From Antedon mediterranea (Eukaryota > Animalia > Echinodermata): DNA of 64,000 nucleotides. The stretch spans positions 5,880,201 to 5,944,200 of the forward strand of contig NC_092670.1 of NCBI RefSeq assembly GCF_964355755.1. The letters run 5' to 3'. The position numbers and the translations under genes were made by a program. The notes below the pieces were generated by a model that was not told the DNA's origin, did not search any database, and saw only the letters and a program-made list of their open reading frames with translations. Below, piece by piece: positions 1 to 12,000 of the stretch (position 1 is its first letter; every line of letters begins with the position of its first letter).

Positions 1-594
1 AGACATCTCGGTCCTAACGAGACACAGGAAGATAGCCTTACAGTTATTCCTGCAGTATAATTTCTATTATTTAACTACTGTACCTTCACACACGCGCGGT
101 ATGTTTTAAAATAAACAAAAAACTGAAATGGCTATGACTAATGGCCAACTTAAGCTCCAGTCCTACTATTTGAATTTTTTTCGTCTTCCAAAGGAACACT
201 GTATTGATTGATGGAAAGTGCCTGTTTCCAGTCACCTTTAGGGTCAAATCTATTATTTTAACTGCTCCCTTGTGTATAAAAGAGAGAAAATATTTGAAAC
301 CAGGTTGTTGCAAGGTGAACTTATCTTAAACCCGGAAATTACTTTGACCGGGAAGAATTGAAATTGAGATGAAAATCTGATGTTGAAATCATAAATTTTG
401 TTAAAAAACTCTTTATAATATCTTCCTAAGATAGAAATATGGAACAATGGCGTCGATGTGAACACTAATGTTATCAAATCTACGTTTCGCGGTACATCTC
501 AGATAGATAAGGTAGGTATCCAATGCGGAGATTAGTACCGAAGTTTTTGCATTGTGCTCGCCTATGTCAGAATTAACCATAATTTATATATAGA
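1..594 (-). mobile_element. Helitron family 1, 5' part (cut by window edge)
   Basis: Near-identical to 19342-20039 apart from a ~140-bp internal deletion at TGCA microhomology; TCTATATAT 5' terminus at 594. Confidence 0.78.
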
Positions 595-1259
595 TGATGA
601 TGTATCCAAATCCAATCAAAAACTTTTTCAAGTACAAATTTTCAAAACAAAAGAGGAAAATCAATATTACCAATAAACTTATTCGGATACACTGTTTTAG
701 GTATCGGTAGAACTGTATAATTGTATACCAAAGTAGGAATCAAATAAACGTTCTAAAACATGAGTAACGCAGTTTGTAAGTGTACACAAGTATATCTCGT
801 GTTGATCTGCATATAACTGTAGCTAAGTAACGTAGTCATAATAATATTGTTATTGTTTGCTTATATTTGGAAATTCCCATCCTTGTAATTAAACCGTGGT
901 ATTGATAACAATATCCTTTTTGATATACCCTGTTTAGTGTGGACATACCTGTGGTCACACAGGTGTGTGTATGTGGGTGAACTAGCGACAAATGAAAGAA
1001 TAATGCTTATGAAATGACATTGTCGTTTACTGGTAAATGTATTAATATACTGTATAGTGCTGTAAATATTTTATACAGTAGTAGTAATTGCCCCTTCAAT
1101 TATTTTTTAAAAACAACAAAAAAAGGAAAACAATTAAATAAATGAATAATTGGTTTCTGTACTTCCATGGTATTAAACTGGTCCTGTGTGTATTGCATTG
1201 CATGTTTGTTTTTGTTATGCATGTAAAAATAAAGATTAATTAGAATCGTAAAAAAAAAA

Positions 1260-2135
1260 AGTAAACTGTAACAATCGAATGGAATTTATTTTGCAACCAA
1301 CGCCTGTTGATTAAAAAATATAATGTAACGGATAATTGGTGTCGTTTATTGAGACCCGTTACTGTACTGTACCATAAACAATACGAATGTGAAAGTATAT
1401 TTGTTTACGTTTCCTGGCAACGAACTTCCTCTTAAAATCATATCTATTTTTATAGTCGATAATCAGATAAGGGAAAGGTATATATTTCCAACTGTAAAGT
1501 TATAGGCCTATATAATAATGATAATTATAGAATACGCAATAGGACTTCTAACATAAGTGTATAGGCCTAAGAAACAAAATGTATATTTTATGTAGTTGAA
1601 AGCAAAATAGTAGGCCTACCTAATACAAGTAAAGACCGTCTATTTATCTGAATATAGTTTATCAAAATAATTAGCATGGAATATTCGGATACCGCTTGAA
1701 TAGTTTGAGTATAATTTTATAACAAAACATGTTATTAAAGAAAGACTTCAGGAGAAGCAATAATGATAGTAATACAGGTGGACATGGTTGTTAATGTTTA
1801 AGATTGATATGGTAAAAAAAACAAGTAAAGATAGGTTTGTGTTATGATACAGAGACCGTCCGTGTCAAACTCAACAATCACAGCAGACATGCCTACTATT
1901 ATTATTTTGCTTTTAAAGGGGGAAATTCCCTTTTCAGCCCCGTATATTTGTTATTTCCTGGTACCTCCATTAAACCTTTCTAGTTGTAATAAGATGCTAT
2001 TGAAATACTGTAAAACCTGTTTATTATCGGTGACACGCGAAATACTTTGATACACAATAGGTATACATAATAGCGTGTTGCGACAAACAACTATTTCCAG
2101 ATGGATGAGTATCATGTCTTCATGGTAGTAATAAA
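1260..2135 (-). pseudogene. Relic promoter and first-exon start of a third paralog
   Basis: Alignable by eye to 29520-30440 (e.g. gaatggaatt.attttgc, acgcctgttgattaa, cctggcaacgaa.ttcctcttaaaa, aaaacctgttt.ttatcggtga.acgcgaaa.actttga). The start codon is ATA (tat at 1287-1289) and the exon is broken by a poly-T run. Confidence 0.65.
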
Positions 2136-2170
2136 TAGAGCGTTCACCTAGTTACCCGGCACCTGGTATA

Positions 2171-2353
2171 AAGGGTCTTTCACACCTGTTCCGGCACGGT
2201 TCCGGTCCGGCGAATCGAACATCAATGTTTCGTTTTCACGCGGCTATGCGCCAATCGATATGTGCGTAGCCGCGTGAAAACGAAACATTGGCGTTCGATT
2301 GGATTTTCCGGCGCCGGACCGGAACCGTGCCGGAACAGGTGTGAAAGACCCTT
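2171..2353. mobile_element. Palindromic MITE
   Basis: Near-perfect foldback aagggtctttcacacctgttccggcacggttccggtccggcg...; flanked by TA. Confidence 0.8.
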
Positions 2354-2899
2354 TAAGTTGTGAACATCCTATATATAAGAGGAGGGATACATCCTAAAGG
2401 CCAAATTTCTGCCCAAGAATTGAAAACACTGTTTTAGTAGCTCACCTTTAAATCTCCGATTAGAAAAAAGGATTAACGTCAGTATATTTCAATCTATTAA
2501 TAGTAACACTTAAACAATTGACGACGACATGGTGATGTTGGCACCCACAGCTTCTTATTTACAGACTCTCATGGGACAATCTTATGCGCATACAAACAAT
2601 ATTATTCTTTATAATACGAAAAAATATATGTGTATGTTGTTTTGTCCGAAGTTACAGAAGCTACGGGTAATGCTAAAAATGTTTTAAATGATATTGAATT
2701 AGAGTACTCTACATCTGTAGGCCTAACATATATTGGCCAGATAATGTGTAGTAATTTAAAAAAAAACAGCAGACGCCAATCTTTATGTATTTGAGCAAAT
2801 ACACTAAATTGTAGCACGTACATTTAGCAAATTATCTTCTGGTGCCTGCTTGCTGTTCAGCTCTTATTGCATGATTATTTACTTCTTCTTCTAATCACA

Positions 2900-3150
2900 C
2901 CCAAAGTGCACTTATTGGCATACGGGTACTTGCATGTTACAACCATGCTTTTCGATTGTTGTTAAGATTGCCTGAAGATTGCATGCACTGTTGGTGACAT
3001 ATTATTTGTTAGCAATGATGTTCCGTCTTCTGGGGAGTATCTAAAAAATCTGTCTTTTCATTTCATTACAGAGAATGTGCTAGCAAAAATGAAATTATTA
3101 TGGTATCACAATTTAAATTTAGGCTTTATTAGACAATGATGGATATCCTG
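2900..3150 (+). mobile_element. Possible old RTE-X-like LINE 3' remnant
   Basis: Frameshifted translation CYNHAFRLLLRLP...LFVSNDVP resembles RTE-X ORF2 C-termini. Confidence 0.35.
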
Positions 3151-3733
3151 AGATGATCAGATACCGTTTAATATTGCATATTTTCGTCTTTCTTTTCCTG
3201 TCTATTTTTTCTTTCGTTTATTTCTGAATTGCTAATAGAAACAAGTCAGTATAGACGTACAGTACAGCTACAAATTCTGCAACGTAACCCACGTTCTAGA
3301 TTCGTGGCTACTTCGTGGCTCGCGATCCTAGGAGAGGCATTGTTCTGCCACGCGTCTATTGTTATGTGTTACAAACAACATTGTTATCAATGAATCAAGG
3401 GGAACAATGATTGAAAATACACCAGATATTGTTATTTAGCCTAGCTAACAAGGCCCAGAGTCTAGCGATTAATGTTTTAAAAAAACGCACCCTACGCTTT
3501 TGAGTACCAATCTAGCATGCAGTATTATTAGATTAGGCCTACCGTATGAAACCTAGAAAATACTTCAGAATGTTGTCTTAAATGCAATAAAAAATATTAT
3601 ACGGGCACATTGTGAATTAATCAAATGAAACAACGTGTCGCTATGTTTTAAATTCGATGACTTATTATTAACAAAATAGGAATTAGGCCTACGGCATTCG
3701 TGTGGCCGGTGAACCTCAGTGAAGTGGGCTAAC

Positions 3734-4560
3734 TTTTTAGTCGCGTGGAAGCGACTCTATAGTTCACTATGTCGGTCGGTCGGTCTGTCGGTCTGTCGGT
3801 CTGTCGTTCTGTCGGTCTGTCGGTCTGTCGGTCTGTCTGTCGGTCCGGTATCACTATGCGTTTTATCGCTTTCTGACCTTATCTTGATATCAGTTTAATC
3901 TAGCTAAGTCAATTTTTTACAGTATATTCCTTATGGCCAGGAATCGATGTGGTTATGTTTTCACGGTGCGCAATAAAAAATTACGCGGTCTACGCACGAT
4001 TTAACGAAATCACGTTTGTAATCATATCTTCATAACCATGAATCACAATTAAATAAAATTTGGTACTCATAAATTTCAGGGCATAAATCATCATATGGCA
4101 ATACAATTACGTGCGTAGCGTATGTAACGCATGCGTACGCGCGCTTAAAATTTTCAAAATTTATTTTCGATGAAATAAGAGTACGTTTCAGGCAATTTCA
4201 AGCGTTTACAACATTGCCATGAGTCACAAAGCCACAAAGTTACGCGCGCACGCGCATTAAAAATTTTAAAATGCGCCAAATTGATTTTTAATCATTTTTC
4301 TACGCGTTTCTTGTCATTTTGAGCATGTCAAAAATTCCCATACGCGCGCAAATTTTTACGCGCGTGGTGCGCACGTAGCGTTAAATACATACTTTTTTCG
4401 CGTGATTTATGTTTTTGCAGCCTTTTCTAATAATTTTACCATCTTTTAAACAATTTCTACCTAAAATTACGTCATACGTGCACGTCGAATTGGATAATTT
4501 GCGCACGTTTTTGATGAAAAAGTTTAAAAATTCGTCAAAATTATGCCTTTTTAGTCGCGC
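3734..4560 (+). mobile_element. HINE-like element, long form (5' part)
   Basis: First ~490 bp near-identical to 9843-10300. Confidence 0.72.
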
Positions 4561-4769
4561 TTTTTATGAGCCCTCCATGGTTTAACACAAGTAGGTAAAT
4601 TTATGGGCTCTTTGAGAATAAACTTAAAACTGAGATTTAAGCATCGCAATACTTTGACAATATTTTAAATACTGTACGTAACAACCATTTTGGTCGCCAT
4701 TTGAATCGAAATTTTCTTGCTGTGAATGTGGTTACTGTTTATTGTATTAATTAGTAATTATAAAAAAGA

Positions 4770-5266
4770 TAAACGTCGTAGTGGTGTACTTTACTATTTC
4801 AATCGACTATGACAGTGACAGTTTTAACAAAGTATTAAATCGGAAATGTTTTACTCTATTTAGTGGTATATTATTTATAGGCCTATAAAACATGAAAAAA
4901 TGTTACTGAATGGATAAAGAATATATTAAAAAATTGCTCCTCTTTGTACCTATCCTCATCCCCAACCCTAATGTTAGATACAAAACACAAATTGTGTTTG
5001 TTTAAATGAGTCAAAATAACAAATTTGGGCTCATTTTGTGACAAGTTTCTTTTCCAGAAGTAATTCCCAGGGTGCTAATTTTGGTTGACGACATAAATCA
5101 TTGTGTCTATTTATTCGTTTCTGTAAACGACGATATTGTAGTCCTGCGGTACATACATTTGAAATCGCCAATTTTTTTACGCTGAAATTACTATGTAGGG
5201 CCTATTCGAGAACCATCTGTGGGCACGACCTAGATGGTACGCGAGCGAAGCGAGCGTACCATCTAG
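4770..5266 (+). mobile_element. Helitron family 2, 3' part
   Basis: Ends with hairpin ctagatggtacgcgagcgaagcgagcgtaccatCTAG|T; similar to 20700-21184. Confidence 0.68.
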
Positions 5267-5520
5267 TTAATCAAGTTAAACATTAAAGTATCTACCTATA
5301 CCCGTTGCGGTTGTGTGATGGATTAAACTGAAGAGAACAAAGGCGAATGTCGCTTTTGTTTTAATGAGTCACATCCTACCGCTAGGATTTAATTGATAAT
5401 TTATTACGCTAAAGAGGGTGGGAGACATCCAAAACAATGCGACTATTATTAGTGAAAACATTTCTTCTGGTTTCAATAGTATATTGATATGTAGTTCCTT
5501 GATAGTAAACCAGTAATGTA

Positions 5521-5637
5521 AACTTACGTTTGCAAGACAGTTTCGTCCAGTGGCTGTAAAGGAGACCAATCGGCGTCATAACGCATAGCAACTGAAGTCA
5601 AGCTGACAGCTAGACAAACTGTCTTGCAAACGTAAGT
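5521..5637. repeat. Short foldback / MITE
   Basis: acttacgtttgcaagacagttt ... aaactgtcttgcaaacgtaagt. Confidence 0.65.
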
Positions 5638-6474
5638 AACCTCCTCCACAAAGGGGAAATTGGTTCCGATCATTTTAGCCCCTCACCGGATGAAAGTCTC
5701 AATCCGTCCATTGTTCCCTCCAGCAGTGTTACCAACACACAACATAGTATTTTTTTTAATTTTATTAAAATAGATCAACATTACAACACTACAATTATTA
5801 CATTTTATTATTAGTATTAAATCCTGTATACTATTTTTACTTTCATATTATATGTAATTTCAGTTTCTTTTATTATTGCATCACTTTTTTTTCTTTTACT
5901 TTTAATTGAGTTACGCAAGAAGTGTAGTTACCAAATAAATTATTATTATTAGTATAATTTTCCTTACTGTTAATAATAATTGGTTGAAAATTAAAATTAT
6001 TTTTGTTCTAAAATCAGTTACCATCTCTTTTGTTTTTGAAGCATTAATTTGTAAATATAGCTACGTTGGGGAAATTCAACGAACCTGCTGTTTTCATTGC
6101 GATACTGTAAATCATTATCTAAAGACCTATGTTACTTTAGTATCGGTGGTAATTTAAGTTTCGACGTACAGTCGGTAGCCGGAAACTAACCATTTTAACA
6201 ATTTGCCTGTTAGGATACGAGGCTGAATCCATGATTTGTGCAGAGTGGCCAGAGTTTACACAGTCAATGTGAAAATATAATTTATGCAATTTAAAGAGTA
6301 TGTGCTATACGTGAGGGTTGAGTACGCAATGGGTCTAGCAATATTTCCGCGTATTGTTTTATTTAATTTTAATAAATTCATCACAACAGACGTAAGGGAA
6401 ACGAGTCTAAGATACGTCATCCTAGGTTGCTTAGCTATAGGTATTATAGACTAGAGTTTCCATAGATCTTGGAT

Positions 6475-6611
6475 TTTTTAGTCGCGTGTACGCGACTCTA
6501 TTGTTCACTATGTCGGTCGGTCGGTCGGTAGGTCGGTCGGTCGGTAGGTCGGTCGGTCGGTCTGGTATCACTATGCGTTTTAGCACGCGACTTATGGCTG
6601 TTGGCCTTGTT
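6475..6611 (+). mobile_element. HINE-like short copy
   Basis: tttttagtcgcgtg...(gtcg)n...agcacgcgacttatggctgttggccttgtt. Confidence 0.72.
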
Positions 6612-7200
6612 TTCATCCAATTTGTATCGCCAGACAAGTATCAACATGGTTGATTTGCGTTGTTTTTATCACGTATGAATTAAATTTTTTCTGCTCCCAG
6701 TCGGTGCACAAACTAGGAGAGAGAATGAAGTGCAAGAAAATGGTTAAACCATGGTGGAATTCCTCCATGGTTGAACTAAATCAGCAGATGCTATAATGTA
6801 AGTATAGGCTTATTTAAAAAGAACTGACACAGTGTATCGCAATGGTAATAAAACAACAATTCCACAGTGTATATTGTAATTTCTAGGTACATGATTTATT
6901 TTTGGCAAAACGATTCAAGAGAAAATGTAAAATGTGACACTTTGTTATTGGCAATATCAGAGTTGTAACACACTCCAGATAATACAGTAGCCAATTCATT
7001 TGTGGTAGCGACTATTTTAAATAAAAACAAATATTGCCGTATATGGTTTGGTATTGAATTTATTTTTGGATTGCATCAACATTATTGAAAATAAAGTAAT
7101 TCTGAATATGAAGATTTATTTTGTATATTATACTTAAACGTCAGGTAATGATTAGTAAATTTAAAAAAACAGGATTTTTCTATGTAATATTGATTGTTGA

Positions 7201-7843
7201 AACAAGGCCAACAGCCATTAAGTCGCGTGCTACAATGCATAGTGATACCGGACCGACAGACAAACAGACCGACAGACAGACAGACAGACCGACAGACAGA
7301 TTGACCGACCGACATAGTGAACTATACTGACCGAAATTACTGAACATGTTTAAAAATGTTGAAATGTTTAAAAACATTTATATTTTTTTAATTTACACGT
7401 GCGTAGCTTGTCACTTTTGACGTGCTCGTATAACGTAATTTCGAGTTGAAAAGTAAGTCAAGAAAACAGAAATCGGGCAAAAAGAGTGCGCAATAACATT
7501 TAACGCGCAGTGCGCGCGCAAAAATCTGCGCACTCATGGCAATTTTGTAAACGCTTAAAATTGCCTGAAACGTACTCTTATTTCATCGAAAATAAATTTT
7601 GAAAATTTTAGGCGCGCGTACGCATGCGTTACATGCGCTACGCACGTAATTGTATTGCCATATGATGATTTATGCCCTGAAATTTATGAGTACCAAATTT
7701 TATTTAATTGTGATTCATGGTTGTTAAGATATGATTACAAACGTGATTTCGTTAAATCGTGCGTATTTTTTTATTGCGCACCGTGAAATCATAACCACAT
7801 CGATTCCTGGCCATAAGGAATATTCTGTGAAAAATTGATTTAG
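7201..7843 (-). mobile_element. HINE-like element, long form (3' part, inverted)
   Basis: Reverse complement of about 9978-10643. Confidence 0.75.
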
Positions 7844-8432
7844 CAAATGGTTGATTCAACTCTATTAAGGTGAAAATAACAACAACAAAAGACCAACATA
7901 ATAATATTCATTAAAATTGCTATATTAAAAAAATTAGTACCGTATGATACTTTCTTGAGCCCAGATTAATTAGTGTTTATTTTGGGTATTAAGAGAACAA
8001 TTTCGGTTGTGTGGTAGTGTCACCTGAATAGTGGAATACCTCTCCTTAAACTGTACATTTATTAAAGGAATCTTTTTACTTCAACGCTGTCCAAAAATAA
8101 GTTTATATTGTTTGATAAACAACATAAATGTTTAACAAAAAACAAAAAAAACCTTTACCATTTATTTTACAAACAGTTTTATTAAAACATAGCACTTATT
8201 ATAAAGTTGAATACTTTTTTCTTGGACGGAATACACTGTTCAAAAATTAACAATCAGTAATATTAATAATAACACTTTTTTATTGCAATTAACTCACTCA
8301 TTCACGCTCGACCTTCTATTTAACCTTTTCTTTACAATCTTAAAGCAATAGATATATATAATATTTTTTTTTAAATTTTGTATATACACTAAATCGTCGG
8401 ATAACTATTCATTTTAGAATTTAATTGTTTAA

Positions 8433-8755
8433 AGATGTATTGTTCCCCTGAAAAATTAAATATTTAAATTGTTTTTGTTGAATATGCCATTTTAATATCA
8501 TAATCAACTTTGACCAAAAATTAGATCGAAAAAAAATGTATTTACCTGAAAAACTGCAATTTAATGCAAAACATAGTCAAATTGGATTTTTGGTTGAATT
8601 TAACCATTTATTTTGTCATTTTACAAGGGAAAACATTATTTTTTTTCGGTTTTTTTCTAAGGAAGTGATTAACTTTAATAACACTACAAAATAACCTATT
8701 CAAAGTCCGATTTAATTAATCTTCATTTTTTATCTTTTTGGGGGACAATACATCT
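8433..8755. mobile_element. TTAA-TSD (Kolobok/piggyBac-type) MITE
   Basis: ttaa|agatgtattgttcccc...ggggacaatacatct|ttaa; related copies at about 10920-11229, 12757-12985, 37373-37580, 43683-43968 and 53100-53603. Confidence 0.75.
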
Positions 8756-9002
8756 TTAAGTATTGTCCTATGTTACATTGATTTTTCAAAACAAATCTTT
8801 AAATTTTAGAAACCTAAAGTTAAGTTTGGTGGATTTCTTATAAAATTACGAAGAAGGGGTTCATTCTGCCTCACCTATGTCCAACAATAAGTTTGAATAC
8901 TTTTTCTGAATAGATATTAAACAAAATATTTAAACGTTTAATATCGTTACATTTAAATTCAAAAGTTAATAATAAAAACAGTTTTATTTTATCGCAATTA
9001 AT

Positions 9003-12000
9003 TCAGTTCCACGCATTTATGGAAGTAGGTGTTCCCGCTCGACTTCCTTTCAAGCTTGAGGCAATGAACATACCATCCAATGAGCCTGTGAATACAAGAT
9101 ATTTCATCACAAGTTTATTTATTCATCCGTCGAATATCGATAAAATACAGATTACATTAGAAGAAGAAAAACAAAATATCAAGTACAGGGTCTACAGTTT
9201 GTAATGAACTTTTTGGTCATCCAACAACTTAATTACAACCTATATTCAAAACGTACTGCACATGTCCAATAAATATAGCACGTGTCAACATTAATTGTTA
9301 ATTTCTTATTATATTTATTTCCTCCAGAAAATACAATATATACAGCAAAATAAATAAATAAATATAAACACAATATATAAATATAAAAAAGCTTTAGTGA
9401 GGAGCTGATAGGAGGGAAGGAGGGCACGGAGGTCCTATACAATAAATGTTTGGAATCCACAAAGTACCCATCAGCAAACACAAAATTAATCAAATAACCA
9501 ACAATTGAACAATTCACTGTGATATTTTGGGTTTATAAATTAAAATTATTTAAAGGTTATATTAGGATATGTATAAGTATAGTTGTATAAGGAGTTGGAT
9601 AGCTGAGTGGTTAGGACTTACATACAGCTAGACCCGGGTTCAATTCCCGAGAACTCCCAGTCCACTCAGCTGTAAATGAGTACCTGGTTGAAAATACTAG
9701 GGAGAAAAAAGGCGGCGTGGAAAGGAACTACTGGCCACCCTACCACATAATGCCGAGGCTTAGTACAATCAGCTCCTAACAGCTCATTCCCCTACGTTCA
9801 GAGAACACGGGACTCACCTTTACCTTTATAAGTATATACCTATTTTTAGTCGCGTGGAAGCGACTCTATAGTTCACTATGTCGGTCGGTTGGTCGGTCTG
9901 TCTGTCTGTCTGTCGGTGGTCCGGTATCACTATGCGTTTTATCGCTTTCTGACCTTATCTTGATATCAGTTTAATCTAGCTAGGTCAATTTTTCACAGTA
10001 TATTCCTTATGGCCAGGAATCAATGTGGTTATGTTTTAACGGTGCGCAATAAAAAATTACGCGGTCTACGCACGATTTAACGAAATCACGTTTGTAATCA
10101 TATCTTCACAACCATGAATCAAAATTAAATAAAATTTGGTACTCATAAATTTCAGGGCATAAATCATCATATGGCAATACAATTACGTGCGTAGCGCATG
10201 TAACGCATGCGTATGCGCGCTTAAAATTTTCAAAATTTATTTTCGATGAAATAAGAGTACATTTCAGGCAATTTTAAGCGTTTACAAAATTGCCATGAGT
10301 GCGCATATTTTTGCGTGCGCACTGCGCGTTAAATGTTATTGCGCACTCTTTTTGCCCGATTTCTGTTTTCTTGACTTACTTTTCAACTCGAAATTACGTT
10401 ATACGAGCACGTCGAAAGTGACAGGCTACGCACGTGTAAATTAAAAAAATATAAATGTTTTTAAACATTTCAACATTTTTAAACATGTTCAGTAATTTCG
10501 GTCAGTATAGTTCACTATGTCGGTCGGTCGGTCTGTCTGTCTGTCGGTCTGTCGGTCTGTCTGTCGGTCTGTCTGTCGGTCTGTCTGTCGGTCCGGTATC
10601 ACTATGCATTGTAGCACGCGACTTAATGGCTGTTGGCCTTGTTAAATTAAGATTTAACATTTGTTTTAGGTTAATGTCCACCTCAAGCTCGATCCTGTTT
10701 TACTTACTAGATGAAATTGCGCTTGGTCCTGATACATCTGTTGATAAACTTGTAGGCGAAGGAGACGATGATGGTATGGAAACGATTTTACTACTCGTGT
10801 AGTTGCTTTTGTTTGGTCGATGAAGCCTAGTAACATAAATATTATTTCAAAATTCAATTTTAAATATACCTAATTAAATTTAAAAAAATTATTATTAGAA
10901 AAAAAATAATTATTAACAAAATTTCTGTTGAATATGCCATTTTAATGTCACATAATAGTTATCCACTTTGACCAAAAATTAGATCTGACCAAACTATATT
11001 TACCTGAAAAACAGTAATTTAAAGCAAAAAAATAGTCAAATTGGCTGCCAGCCAATGGATTTTTGGTTGAATTTAATCATTAATTTTGTCATTTTATAAG
11101 TAAAAACATTATTTTTTCCGCTTTTTTTTTCTACAGAAGTGATTAACTTGATTAAAATGACAAAATAATCTATTCAAAGATTTTATTAATCTTTATTTTT
11201 CATGTTTTTGGGGGACAATACATCTTTAAAGGAAAAGAGGTTGCCTGTTGACACGAATCCGTAACAATCAGTACGATCAGAGAAACCTAACATATAACGC
11301 TTTCCTTTTTAGTCGCCTGCAACGCGACTTTACATGTCGGTCGGTCGGTCGGTCGGTTGGTTGGTCGGTAAACACTAATTTGAGCACGCGACTGCAGCCA
11401 TGTATATGGCCTTGTTTTAAGGCATCTCGAAAACAAGAAGAACATTGCCTTTTTTTTAGAACGGTCGCTTATATACTAAAAGTGATTAATTAGAAAATAC
11501 ACACCATTTGTAAACTCCAAACGCAAATCCGAACAAAATGATCACTGTAAAACAACAAACTCCAATCAGTATGAATACAGTGTATGATTTATCATCAACA
11601 GGTTCTTTTTCTTCAGAATACAGGGAAACATCTATGATTTCCATTTGAATAGCAGCCTCAATGCTCTCTTTTTCTTGTTCAATTGCAGATTTTACAACTT
11701 CAGCGGAAATGTATTCTGAAACAAAATGTTGAACCATTTTAATTTTTAGTTATCCCGTTTAAAATGTATAAATATGATTTTATTTTCTCTATTTGAACTG
11801 ATTTATATATTGCCTAATAAAGTAGTTGGATGTGGTATCGCATATTGAAAAATTACCATTATAAAATATCTAGATTTGCTCTCCAGTATCATAAGAAGGT
11901 GGATGTTTTTAATATTTAATTCAATATCGTATATTCAATATTATTGCGATAAACAGTATTACTACTTTTTTTTAGATGAACATTATTATACTAATTTTTT

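Noticed and set aside
86-477. Short ORFs repeated at 19759-20025 and 50804-51082 as a gene family
   Set aside because: They lie inside non-autonomous Helitron copies and their frames are not conserved between copies.
7082-7377. ORFs with SVGLSV/TDRQTDR repeats (also 6431-6637, 10455-10802, 26063-26442, 27923-28153)
   Set aside because: Translations of the HINE (GTCG/GTCT)n microsatellite.
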